From: Nitrospirota bacterium
Lineage (GTDB): Bacteria; Nitrospirota; UBA9217
Direction of reading: 5' to 3'
DNA length: 64,000 bases
Assembly (NCBI GenBank): GCA_963751455.1
Contig: CAVVUN010000015.1
Coordinates: 544,001 to 608,000, forward strand
The notes beneath the pieces were generated by a model that saw only the letters and a program-made list of their open reading frames with translations, was not told where the DNA came from and ran no database searches. The number at the start of each line of letters is the position of its first letter. Position 1 is the first letter of the stretch. Shown here one piece after another: positions 19,391-30,100 of the stretch. The position numbers and the translations under genes were made by a program.

Positions 19391-20440
19391 TCAGATTATT
19401 GAAGCAGTTTCAGCCCGAAGCTGTCCACACGCCGCATGAATGTCTTTACCCCTGCTGTTTCTCACTACAGCGACAAAACCGTGCCTGAGCAGGATATTCC
19501 GGAATTCATAGACCCGCTTTTCGTCGGGATGTTCGAAGGCTGCGCCGGGAAAGGGGTTAAACATAAGCACATTGATCATGCAGGGAAGACCTGTCAGCAG
19601 CTCCATAAGGCGGGCAGCGTCCTCATCGGAATCGTTCAGTCCTTTAAAAAGGACATATTCGATCGTAACCGTATTCGCGGTCACTTTGCAGTAATAATGG
19701 AGCGCCTGTATCAGACGAGCGATAGGATACGTGCGGTTCACCGGCATGATCCTGTCCCGCAGGTCGTCTGTGGTCGCATTCAACGAAACCGCCAGGCTTG
19801 CGTCCATCCCGGGATCGTCCGCCATCCGTTCGACAGCAGAAGCAAGCCCGCATGTCGAAATGGTCACTTTCCTGTTCGAATACCCCATCCCTTCCTGGTC
19901 CGTCATCATCTGCACAAACGATCTGACCGCGTCATAGTTGCTGAGCGGCTCTCCGGTGCCCATGAGCACAACGTTTGTGATACGGGGGCGCGTAATCTTC
20001 TGCGCTGCAAAGACCTGGTTCACAATCTCCGCGGCGGTCAGGTTCCGTACAAGCCCTTTTTCGCCCGTCCTGCAGAAGAGGCACCCTGATGCGCACCCGA
20101 CCTGCGTCGAGACGCAGAGCGTCAGCCTTCCGGGACCCGGGATGAGCACGCCTTCAACGGAATTGCCGTCGTCGAGCCGAAAAAGCAATTTCTCGGTCCC
20201 ATCCTCGGAACTCTTCCGCTTGTCTATTGCAAGCTGCGAGATAGTGCAATAGCGCTTCAATCGCTCCCGGAACGGCTTGTTCAGATCCGCCATGGCATCG
20301 AATTCTTCCATCCGCCTCCGAAAAAGCCAGACAGACACACGTGTTCCCTGGCCGGGCTTCTGTCCGAGATGCCTGGTACAGTAATCGTCTATCTCATCAG
20401 GGGTGAGCGCTTTGAGGTCGATAGTATCCATACGCTGCAC
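19391..20440 (-). CDS. rlmN: RlmN-family radical SAM RNA methyltransferase
   Basis: CVSTQVGCASGCLFC, MGTGEP, SLNA, IEYVL, AACGQL. Confidence 0.85.
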   Translation of the reverse strand: MQRMDTIDLKALTPDEIDDYCTRHLGQKPGQGTRVSVWLFRRRMEEFDAMADLNKPFRERLKRYCTISQLAIDKRKSSEDGTEKLLFRLDDGNSVEGVLIPGPGRLTLCVSTQVGCASGCLFCRTGEKGLVRNLTAAEIVNQVFAAQKITRPRITNVVLMGTGEPLSNYDAVRSFVQMMTDQEGMGYSNRKVTISTCGLASAVERMADDPGMDASLAVSLNATTDDLRDRIMPVNRTYPIARLIQALHYYCKVTANTVTIEYVLFKGLNDSDEDAARLMELLTGLPCMINVLMFNPFPGAAFEHPDEKRVYEFRNILLRHGFVAVVRNSRGKDIHAACGQLRAETASII

Positions 20441-20629
20441 TGATTTTAATGCTTGTTTTTAACCAAAGCAAGAGGTTTGTTCGAAAATGCATTGACCCCG
20501 CTGTTGCATAATTATGTTGGACGACAAAACGCTTGCTTGAATCGTACAATGCAGTGAACCCAATCCGCCAATGAGTTTCTGCAGCAACGGGGTTGACATG
20601 TCTGACATGAAAGTGCTATGAAATGCACT

Positions 20630-21076
20630 ATGAAGGCATTGCTGCAGAGAGTATCCTTCGCAAAGGTCGAAATCGACGGAAAGCTCATCTCCGGGATAGG
20701 GAAAGGGCTTCTCGTGTTTCTGTGCGCGGTCAGGGGAGACACGGAGAAAGATCTCGACTATACTATAAAAAAGGTATTGCAGGTCAGAATATTCGGGGAC
20801 GAACAGGGGAAGATGAATCTTTCTGTTCTCGATATCAAAGGTGAAGTGCTGGTAGTTTCGCAATTCACGCTCGCCGCCTTTACCCGCAAGGGCAACCGGC
20901 CCTCCTTTGAGGATGCAGAAGAGCCGGGACAGGCCAAGAAGATGTACGAGGCATTCGTCGAATGACTCAAGGAAACGGGTCTTGTCGTAAAGACGGGTGA
21001 GTTTGCGGCAATGATGGCGGTATCTCTTGTGAATGACGGACCGGTTACGATACCGATCGATTCACGGGAAAGGTGA
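20630..21076 (+). pseudogene. dtd: D-aminoacyl-tRNA deacylase interrupted by an in-frame TGA (20963-20965)
   Basis: MKALLQRV, VSQFTL, KGNRPSF. After the TGA the same frame continues [36 protein letters not shown]. Confidence 0.85.
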
Positions 21077-21083
21077 AACAATT

Positions 21084-22021
21084 ATGCCGTCCTTCAAAAT
21101 GACTGGCACGCATACGGCTCATCAGGAACCGGCCCCGCTATCGACAAAAGCGCCTAACAAAATCGCTAGAGTATTTTTTCAAAAGATCACGATGCCGGTA
21201 ACGTTCCTCGCTATCCTTAGCCTCTCAGGCTGCACCTATCTTTTTTCAAACCCACGAAGGACCTTGCTGACGATCCCGACGTACGGAAGTTCGGTCCCAA
21301 GGATGTATATTTCAAGAGCAGCGACAATGTGGAGCTGCACGGCTGGTATTTGCGCGCAAGAGGCGAAGAGCGCGGAACGATCCTGGTATGCCATGGAAAC
21401 GTCGAGAACATAAGCACGCACGTAAAGCTCGATTTATGGCTTGTCGATGCAGGCTATAATCTGTTCATCTTCGATTATCGGGGATACGGGAAATCGGACG
21501 GTGTCCCCGACGTGACCGGCATCCATCTTGATGCGGCAGCCGCCCTCGAGACACTCGTAAACTCATTGCCGCGCTCAAAAAACGACGCCGTTATTGTTCT
21601 GGGCAAAAGCCTCGGAGGGGCAGTCGCGGCCTATACTGTGGCGAACTCGCCATTCCGGAACCGGGTCAAGGCGCTCGTCCTCGACAGCGCCTTCTCGAGC
21701 TACCGCATGATCGCCCGCGAGAAGATCGCGGAGTCCGTCATCGGCTGGCCCTTTCAGTATCCCTTGTCGCTGCTCGTAAACAATGATTATAGCCCTGTTG
21801 ACTGGATCAGCAAGGTTTCTCCGATTCCGGTGTTGATCGTGCATGGATACGATGACTTGATAGTGCCTGAACATCACTCAGAGATACTGTATAAAGCTGC
21901 CTTGCGGCCCAAACAATTATGGGATCTCAAGATACGCGGACATGTGAAGTCCTGTACCGATGAAGATACCAGAAAAAGGCTGCTGCAGTATTTCTCCGCT
22001 TTACCTTCAACCGATCGATAA
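21084..22021 (+). pseudogene. Alpha/beta hydrolase lipoprotein, frameshifted in a T6 run at 21241-21246 (start uncertain)
   Basis: Lipobox LSGC lies in the 21033 frame, and FFKPTKDLADDP...LHGWY...HGN...DYRGYG...GKSLG...HGYDD lies in the 21329 frame. One extra T joins them. Confidence 0.75.
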
Positions 22022-22229
22022 AATCCGCCGACATAGTGGTTGCTATCGCACGGAAACTTCTTTTTCATCTCCATTATTAAAATCTAGCATTCCAGTCACG
22101 CGGTAATTAATAAACTAAAGTATTAGAAAACTCTGATTAGGAATAAATGTGTTTCGGGCGATTGACTTTAACCCAAAAATAATGTTTAATATTTGGTTGG
22201 TGAGATGCATATCGTAATGGAGGTGGTTT

Positions 22230-23189
22230 ATGAAATGCGAAAGCCTATCGGAGCGAACTATCGGCAAGAGCCGGATTCTTCTTGCTGAAGACAATATTGC
22301 GCAGGCCGGCATTCTGAAGTGTCTGCTTGAGGACATCGGCCACGAGGTGATTCTCGTAGAAGACGGCGTGTCGGTTTTTGAAGCCGTCAATAGACAGAAT
22401 CCGGACGTCATCCTCCTTGATCGCTTGCTATCGGATATCGATGGAACAAATATCTGCCGCCGCCTGAAGCAGAACAGCGATACGAGCGGCATCCCGATTA
22501 TAATGCTGACCGAAGGGGGTACGCTGTCCGACAAGGTAACCGGCCTGGCTGCGGGCGCTGATGATTATATTCCCAAACAATGCCATGATGCGGAATTGAG
22601 CGCCGTTATCTGCGCCAGACTCAGAACAAAATCCGAATGGGACGAGTTGAAACAGAAAACCCGGAAACTGCAGGAAACGCTCAGAGAGGTGGAAACGCTT
22701 GCGCATGTGGACCCGTTGACCGGGCTTTGCAACCGAAGGCGATTTGATGAAGTTTTTTCCGTTGAATTTAAACGGGCGATCCGATACCGTCAGCCCTTGA
22801 GCTGCCTGCTTTTGGATATCGATCATTTTAAAAACGTGAATGATACATACGGTCACGGGACAGGCGATCGGGTGCTGTGCGATACCGTAAAACTTATACA
22901 AAAAAGCATCCGTGATGTCGACATGGCCGCGCGATGGGGCGGCGAAGAGTTTGTTGTACTGAGCCCGAACGTTCCAAAAGAAAAGGCATTAGTCGTCGGA
23001 GAGAGAATCAGAAAGGCGGTATCAGGGCATACCTTCAGGGGTATTGAGAAAGGCGTCACCATAAGTATAGGCATCGCAAGCGTTCCCGATCCGTTCATCA
23101 ATACCACCCAGCACCTGATCCAGACAGCCGACGCGGCCCTGTATGATGCGAAAAAGAACGGAAGAAACAGGGTAAAGATTGCGGATTGA
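22230..23189 (+). CDS. Response-regulator diguanylate cyclase (REC-GGDEF, WspR/PleD-like)
   Basis: REC domain (ILLAEDN, VILLD, IIMLT, DDYIPK); DPLTGL, DIDHFK, I-site RDVD, GGEEF. Confidence 0.92.
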   Translation: MKCESLSERTIGKSRILLAEDNIAQAGILKCLLEDIGHEVILVEDGVSVFEAVNRQNPDVILLDRLLSDIDGTNICRRLKQNSDTSGIPIIMLTEGGTLSDKVTGLAAGADDYIPKQCHDAELSAVICARLRTKSEWDELKQKTRKLQETLREVETLAHVDPLTGLCNRRRFDEVFSVEFKRAIRYRQPLSCLLLDIDHFKNVNDTYGHGTGDRVLCDTVKLIQKSIRDVDMAARWGGEEFVVLSPNVPKEKALVVGERIRKAVSGHTFRGIEKGVTISIGIASVPDPFINTTQHLIQTADAALYDAKKNGRNRVKIAD

Positions 23190-23319
23190 GCCGTGCAGTA
23201 TTTTTCCGGCCCGCTTGAAGGAATTCCAGTAATAACAGTTTAAACCGTCACCCCAGCATATCTTCAGTCAAGATGCCGTATCTTCTGCTTTAACAATTGG
23301 ATCTCTTGTAAAATCCTCC

Positions 23320-23348
23320 TTGACAATCAAGCACTTTGTCTTTATTAT
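23320..23348 (+). promoter_or_regulatory. sigma70 promoter for tRNA-Leu
   Basis: TTGACA-N17-TATTAT. Confidence 0.7.
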
Positions 23349-23365
23349 TACCACTTGTCGTGACT

Positions 23366-23452
23366 GCCGAAGTGGTGGAACTGGTAGACGCGCTGCGTTC
23401 AGGGCGCAGTGGGAGCAATCCCGTGGGGGTTCGAGTCCCCCCTTCGGCACCA
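23366..23452 (+). tRNA. tRNA-Leu (anticodon CAG)
   Basis: gccgaag/cttcggc acceptor stem, ctgcg-ttCAGgg-cgcag anticodon arm, long variable arm, GTTCGAGT T-loop, encoded CCA. Confidence 0.97.
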
Positions 23453-23549
23453 ATTTCTATAAAACATAACACATGCTCGATTCAAAGAAAATCGAGATTC
23501 CATTGTCCACGATCCTATTTGGTGCGTGCTGTCCAAATTATCCCTTCCT

Positions 23550-24290
23550 ATGAGAAAAATTATTTATCTGTTTATGCTTGCCCTTTCTGTTGCGCTTCTC
23601 GGAGGCTGTGCCGAGAAGCAGGAGCCCTTTGATCCTGTTGCCGTTTTCAGCTCGGCAGAGAAACATATGCGCGAAGAGTCGTTCGAAAAGGCGCGCAAGG
23701 AGTACCAGGAGATACAGGAAAAATCGCCGGACAAGAGCTATGACGCGGCTCTCATGCTCAGGATCGCGGACACCTATTTCGGCGAGGAGAAATACGAGGA
23801 AGCCCTGGTCGAGTACCGGGCGTTCCTGAACTTTCATCCCGTCAACAAAGATGCGGTCTATGCTCAGTATCAGATCGCGATGTGCAGCTTCAAGCAGGTG
23901 TCCACCATTGATCGAGACCCGGAGCCCACCCGGACCGCGCTCAAGGAGTTTCGCATTCTCCTTGACAAGTATCCTAACAGCGCATACGAAGAGCAGGCCG
24001 CGAAGAACATCTCGATCTGCCTGGACCGCCTGGCTGAATATGAGCTCTACGTCGGACATTTCTACTATAAAAAGAAAGAATATAAAGCGGCGGTCGGCAG
24101 GCTCGATGCGCTTCTTCGCGATTACCCGGGTTCTTCCGCTGAAAAAGACGCGCTCTATTACGACGGGCTTGCATGGGCTGAATTGGGTGACAAAGCGAGG
24201 GCGAAGGCTGTTCTCGAGACTCTCATGAAGAAATATCCCTCAATGCAGGCGAGCGCAAAGCCGGTCCTGGACCGCCTTACCAGTCAGTAA
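23550..24290 (+). CDS. bamD: Outer membrane protein assembly factor BamD
   Basis: Lipobox LGGC, TPR repeats, DRDPEPT, LAEYELYVGHFY...AAVGRL. Confidence 0.9.
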   Translation: MRKIIYLFMLALSVALLGGCAEKQEPFDPVAVFSSAEKHMREESFEKARKEYQEIQEKSPDKSYDAALMLRIADTYFGEEKYEEALVEYRAFLNFHPVNKDAVYAQYQIAMCSFKQVSTIDRDPEPTRTALKEFRILLDKYPNSAYEEQAAKNISICLDRLAEYELYVGHFYYKKKEYKAAVGRLDALLRDYPGSSAEKDALYYDGLAWAELGDKARAKAVLETLMKKYPSMQASAKPVLDRLTSQ

Positions 24291-24407
24291 ATTCCGCCCT
24301 TATCCATTCGCCCGGGAAATACGCAAAAAAGCTGAGCGCTCAGTTTTGAGCATTATCTAACCCGGCATTTTTGTCTTCTCGCTTTTGCGGCAAATTTGAT
24401 TCCGTTT

Positions 24408-25046
24408 ATGAAATACTATCCTGTATATCTCGATCTGCGTGAACGACCCTGCGTGGTGGCCGGCGGCGGCCGGGTGGCGGAGCGCAAGGTGCTCTCGCTT
24501 CTGGAAGCAGGGGGAAGTGTGACCGTTGTTAGCCCCAGCCTGACGCTGAAACTTGAAGATCTTTCCTCCTCGGGAAAGATAACCCATCATTCGCGGCTCT
24601 TCCAGGAATCCGACTTGACCGGCGCCTATATAGTGGTTGCGGCCACGGGAAGTCTGCAGTTGAACGCAGAAATCGGGAGATCCTGCAGAAAAAAACATAT
24701 CCTCGTAAACGTAGCAGCTCCCCCAACTGAAAGCACGTTTATCGTACCATCCGTTGTTGACCGCGGAGCTCTTCTGATTGCCATTTCAACAAGCGGCGAA
24801 AGCCCTGCCCTGGCGAAGCGGATACGCGGGAAGCTGGAGAAGGAATTCGGACCGGAGTACGATCTCCTTCTTCACAAGATGTCCATCCTGAGGAGCAGGC
24901 TTATGGCTCACGTCGGGGAAGAAGCGGAACGGAACCGGATACTGAACGCTGTTGCCGATTCCGACGTCATCGAGCTGCTGCGCGACGGAAAGATGCATGA
25001 GGCGGATCTTGAGATTGCGCGGATTTCGGGATTGAAACAACTGTAG
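24408..25046 (+). CDS. Precorrin-2 dehydrogenase / sirohydrochlorin ferrochelatase (CysG N-terminal / Met8-like)
   Basis: YYPVYLDL, GGGRVAERK, IAISTSGESPALAKRIR. Confidence 0.9.
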   Translation: MKYYPVYLDLRERPCVVAGGGRVAERKVLSLLEAGGSVTVVSPSLTLKLEDLSSSGKITHHSRLFQESDLTGAYIVVAATGSLQLNAEIGRSCRKKHILVNVAAPPTESTFIVPSVVDRGALLIAISTSGESPALAKRIRGKLEKEFGPEYDLLLHKMSILRSRLMAHVGEEAERNRILNAVADSDVIELLRDGKMHEADLEIARISGLKQL

Positions 25047-25154
25047 GCTTATGGAGAATAGACGACGGCGGGCAAAGGACGCAGGAAGAGGGTTAGGGTT
25101 TTTGCTGCCAGATCCTAGTGAGCCTCTGCCGGGCGCTTACGTCGCCTTTTATCA

Positions 25155-26714
25155 TCACGGCTTAGAATCAGTTTCTGCTGAAGTTCCCCCTGCTGCCTTC
25201 AGCGCTTCCTTGATCTTTTCGGACCCGGGGTTCTCCCGCAATGCCGACTTGTATACATCGATAGCCTTGGCCGTAAGCCCGGATCCGAGGTAGAGCTTTG
25301 CGAGTGTGAGGTTGTATTCCGGATTTCGCGGGTCCATCGCTACAGCCTTTTTGATGTTTTCTTCGGCTTCATGAAGTCGGCGGGGAATGTGCATAAGCGC
25401 AATTCCGTATTGATAGAAGTGCTGGGGCTTGGCCGGATCGAGCCTGACTGCGCTGGTGAAAAACTCGGCAGCTCCCCAGAAGTTGCCCATTTTCAAATCC
25501 TTCATCCCTGCTTCGAAATAAGCGTCGGCTTGTCCGGATTTTTTCTCCGGTGCAGTCTCCTGACTCCCGGCGCTCGCCTCGGTATTTCGCTGTTTCTCGG
25601 GTTCCCTGGCAGCGGCCGCGTCGTATTCCTGGCGTCTAGCCGGGTTGCTCAAGGTCTCATATGCATCGTGGACATAGGAAAACAGAACATTCAGCTTCTC
25701 CTTCATCTCGGCCATCTCGGCTTCAAAGTGCCTGTCAGGATGATAGATTTTTGCAAGCCTGAAGTATGCTTTTTTCAGATCGATGGCGGCCACGTTTCTG
25801 GCCACGCCGAGCGCCTGGTAATAGTCCTGTTTCTTCAGGGCGTCAAACGCATCCTGTATCGTCTGTGCCGTTATTGGAGGCGGGGTAGTCGCATCGAGAG
25901 GCGTCTTCGGCTGCTCTGCCCTTGCCTGTTTTCCAGCTGAAATCGTATCGTGGACGACCTCACGGACGAAGCTCTTTTCTTCATCGGTCTTGAGCTCGCC
26001 CGCCTCGACCAACTTCAATGCGAGCAGTACATAGATCGACTTCAGGCTGTTGAAGTCTCCCATATCCGATAATGAGCAGATCTGTTCGATGGTCTTGTTC
26101 CCGTCGATCAACGAGAATATTTTGAGCTGGTCCTGTTCAAGATCAGCGTTTTGAAAAAGAACGGTCGGATCGACCGAAGGACGGAGCGTGGTCTTGAGAG
26201 ACGGCAGCGCCCTGGAGAGATGCTTCCAGTCAAGGCAGCGCACGCCCTCGAGGATGATGTTCCCGGTGCTCAGCGGGAGCGGTACGATTTCGGAGGAGGG
26301 AAGAGCGTTTTCTTCAAAGACATACCGCCCCTGTCGCCACGTGAACAGGTTCAGGATGATCTGCTTCAACTGGAGCTTTACCGCAGGGATTAGATCGCCG
26401 GGCGAGATGAAGCCGAGCTCGATAAGGACGGCCGGCAGCTTTTTCCCGGTTTGTTTAATGATCTCCGCCGAGGCCTCGAACTGCGGACGGGTGATTCGTC
26501 CGCAGCGGAGCAGGCATTCTCCGAGCCGATCTTCATCAAGGTTAGAGGACGCGAAGATTATGTCTCCCCCCCGAATAAAAATTTTTATGATATCGGTACT
26601 CCGCGAGAAGGTTACCGTACCGGTTTTGTTTTCCGAGTGAAGGCTTTGAAGCAGCCAGGGAACGGTCATGCCCCTGATATCGGCAGAGGATTCGATCATA
26701 GTATTGTTAACCAC
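25155..26714 (-). CDS. DUF4388 + DnaJ J-domain + TPR protein
   Basis: N-terminal KTGTVTF...GDIIFASSN...RLGECL; J-domain DYYQALGV...YHPD; C-terminal TPRs. Confidence 0.8.
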   Translation of the reverse strand: MVNNTMIESSADIRGMTVPWLLQSLHSENKTGTVTFSRSTDIIKIFIRGGDIIFASSNLDEDRLGECLLRCGRITRPQFEASAEIIKQTGKKLPAVLIELGFISPGDLIPAVKLQLKQIILNLFTWRQGRYVFEENALPSSEIVPLPLSTGNIILEGVRCLDWKHLSRALPSLKTTLRPSVDPTVLFQNADLEQDQLKIFSLIDGNKTIEQICSLSDMGDFNSLKSIYVLLALKLVEAGELKTDEEKSFVREVVHDTISAGKQARAEQPKTPLDATTPPPITAQTIQDAFDALKKQDYYQALGVARNVAAIDLKKAYFRLAKIYHPDRHFEAEMAEMKEKLNVLFSYVHDAYETLSNPARRQEYDAAAAREPEKQRNTEASAGSQETAPEKKSGQADAYFEAGMKDLKMGNFWGAAEFFTSAVRLDPAKPQHFYQYGIALMHIPRRLHEAEENIKKAVAMDPRNPEYNLTLAKLYLGSGLTAKAIDVYKSALRENPGSEKIKEALKAAGGTSAETDSKP

Positions 26715-26912
26715 GGAGAACGGTGGGAAGATGATTGCTATTATAGCATTTTTGACCCGGAGAAGGAATGCTTTATATTAATAATCAGCGGCCGGAAATC
26801 CAGCTCCTCGTCCAGGAGATTGCCGGACACGAGCGCCAGCAAAGAGTAGTTGACTCCAGTTTGTGTTCTTACTATACTTTAAAAGAGTCATTTTTTATCC
26901 AAAACGAAGCAG

Positions 26913-27038
26913 AAGACCACGTGGCGCTAGCCCGTGGTTGAATGCGTCCCTCTTGTTTCCCTCCTCCTTCAGGGGGAGTTAGGAGGGGGTGCTTCTTTTG
27001 AATTCAAGTGCCACGGGCGTAAGCCCGTGGGTATCTAC
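26913..27038. repeat. Inverted pair of REP/IS200-IS605-like hairpins (REPIN-like) with a central C/G-rich hairpin
   Basis: ccacgtggcgctagcccgtgg (26917-26937) and ccacgggcgtaagcccgtgg (27011-27030); GTAG foot on the minus strand at 27035-27038. Confidence 0.6.
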
Positions 27039-27162
27039 TATCGTTTTTGCATTTTGACTATTGTTTCAGCAGTCCGGTAAAACAGTCCGGCAGAAGCTCG
27101 CTGACTTTCGCATGGCCAGTCAAAGCTCGTTGCCGCATCACATTTACACCAAGGATCAGCAC

Positions 27163-30100
27163 ATGCAGAACGACTTATACCTCGGCATCGATATCGGTTC
27201 GATCACGATAAAGACTGCGCTTATCGACTCAGCCGGAGCGGTGCTCATCGATACCTATACCCGGTTGAAAGGCGATCCGGCCACCGCTCTCATCAGCGAA
27301 CTTACCCTCCTCTTCGCGCAATTTCCCGAGTACCGCATTGACTGTGCCGGCATTACCGGCAGCGGCGGCAAGCAGGTTGCCGATATTATCGGCGCCCGCT
27401 TTGTAAATGAAATCCTTGCTCAGTCGCGCTTTGCGGGACAGTATTATCCCGCGACCAAAACAATCATCGAGATGGGAGGCGAGGACTCCAAACTGATAAC
27501 CTTGGAGCCCGACGCCGGCGGAGGCGTGAGCATCGAAGATTTCTCGATGAACAGCGCATGCGCGGCGGGAACCGGTTCTTTCCTGGATCAGCAGGCTTCC
27601 CGCCTCAACTTTACAATAGAGCAGTTCGGGTCAATTGCGCTTAAATCAAAAAGACCGCCGCATGTTGCAGGACGCTGCAGTGTGTTTGCAAAGAGCGACA
27701 TGATCCATTTGCAGCAGATAGCCACCCCCGATTACGACATTGTCGCCGGTCTTTGCTATGCAATGGCAAGGAACTTTAAAGCAACGGTCGGCAAGGGAAA
27801 AAGAATTTCGGCGCCTCTTCTCTTTCTGGGCGGCGTAGCCGCCAATCCCGGCATGCACCGGGCCTTCCTGGACGTTTTGAACCTTTCCGAACCGGATATG
27901 AAGGCGCCGGCGCATTTCAAAACATCAGGAGCGATAGGAGCCGCGCTGATTGCAATGGGCGAGCCGGAACTGGCTTCCGGATACCGTGGGGTGGCCGCCC
28001 TTTCACAGCACCTTGCCTCAGGAGCAAAAGGAAGGGCGAGCGGTATGGAACCGCTGGCACAACCGAAAGGTATTATGCCGAATCCTGATCAGGACAGAGT
28101 CCCGGGCACGGACGGTCTTATCGAGGCGTATCTCGGCGTGGACGTTGGATCCGTTTCCACGAACGTGGTTGTGATCGACAGCCGGATGCGGGTACTGTCC
28201 AAACGCTACCTTCCGACGGCCGGTCGGCCGATCGAAGCGGTCAAGCAGGGCCTGCGCGAGGTCGCAGAAGAGGTCGGCTCCCGGGTAAAGATCCTGGGTT
28301 CCGGTACTACCGGATCCGGCCGGTACCTGACCGGCGACATGATCGGAGCGGACATCATCAGGAATGAGATCACGGCCCAGGCAACGGCGGCAATCGCCAT
28401 TGATCCCCTTGTCGATACCATCTTCGAAATCGGGGGGCAGGACTCGAAATTTATCAGCGTGCAAAACGGTGCGGTGGTTGACTTCGAGATGAATAAGGCA
28501 TGCGCCGCGGGTACGGGCTCATTCCTGGAGGAGCAGGCAGAGCGACTCGGGATCAGCATCAAGCGCGAGTTCGAGAACAGGGCGTTTCGTGCAGAGTCGC
28601 CGTGCAGGTTCGGCGAGCGCTGCACCGTCTTTATGGAATCCGACCTTGTCCATTCCATGAATACCGGGTCTGATGTACCCGAGCTTACCGCGGGGCTCGC
28701 ATACTCGATCGCGTACAATTACCTGAACAAGGTGGTGGCCGGAAAGCACGTGGGTGACCGCATATTTTTTCAGGGCGGTGTGGCGAGCAACAGGGCGGTC
28801 GTTTCCGCGTTCGAAACCATTACCGGTAAAGTAATGACGGTACCACCGCACCATGAAGTGACCGGCGCAATCGGGGCAGCCATACTGGCCATGCGTGCGT
28901 GCGGCGGGACGAGCGGTTTCAAGGGATTCGATCTGAGCAAGCGCGCATACACGATTACAACCTTCGAGTGCGCGGAGTGCCCTAACCGGTGCGATATCCG
29001 CAAAGTCAATTTTGAAGGAGAGAAGCCGCTTTTTTACGGCAGCCGCTGCGAAAAATACGATGTAAAGAAAAAAGTGAACACGTGCGAAACGATCCCCGAT
29101 CTATTCGCAGAGCGTGAAAAACTGATGACACCGCCGCCGGGCAAGGCCTTGGCCGGCGAAGCTCCGACCATCGGCATTCCCCGTATGCTGTATCTCAATG
29201 ACTTTTTGCCGTTCTGGCAGACCTTTTTCACGGAGCTTGGATTCCGGGTGGTCCTGTCGGGACGAACGAACAGGACCCTTATCAATCGCTCTCTTGAAAC
29301 CGCCGCCGCGGAAAGCTGCTTTCCGGCAAAAGTCGCCATAGGCCATATCCAGGACCTGCTTGACAGGAAGGTAGACATCCTGTTCGTGCCCAGCTTTATC
29401 CGGTTCCCTGAATCGCATACAGTGGACGGAAACTCGCAGGCCTGCCCGTATGCCCAGGCGCTTCCGTATATCGCTCGCGCCTCACTTCGGTACACGCAGA
29501 CGCGAGTAATCGAGCCGGTGCTTCTCCTGCATGACGACAGGCACTTCCGGAAGAGCATTGGTCGGATCGGCACTATGCTCCGCAAAAGAAGGGCGGCCGT
29601 GCGCCGGGCATGGATGCTGGCACGCAAAACGCAGGACGAGTGTGTGCGCTCCGCCGAAGACCGTGGCCGCGCCCTCTTGGCCGGCATCAAGCCGGATGAA
29701 AAGGCACTCGTTTTGATCGGCCGTAATTACAATACGTGTGATCCGGGACTGAACTTGAACCTGTCCGCAAAGATACGCGATCTCGGAGTGCAGGCAATCC
29801 CCATGGATTATCTTTCACTGGGGGATGTGGATTTATCGGACATGGGCGGCACCTACTGGCGTTCGGGTCAAAAAATCATCGCAGCCGCCCGCATTATCCG
29901 GAAGCATCCGGCGCTTTTTCCCGTGTACATAACGAACTTCGGGTGCGGTCCTGATTCATTCATTACGCATTTTTTCAAACAGGAGATGGAAGGAAAACCG
30001 TATCTTCAGCTCGAGATCGACGAACACAGCGCCGATGCGGGCGCAATCACAAGAGTCGAGGCGTTTCTCGACAGCGTGAACGCGAGCGCCTCCCGCAAAT

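Noticed and set aside
20963-20965. Genome-wide stop-codon reassignment
   Set aside because: TGA and TAG terminate many intact genes here (for example lspA, lgt and nfnB end in TGA; mrcA and pilQ end in TAG).
23366-23520. Element integrated at tRNA-Leu
   Set aside because: No integrase and no duplicated tRNA 3' end in the window; bamD follows directly.
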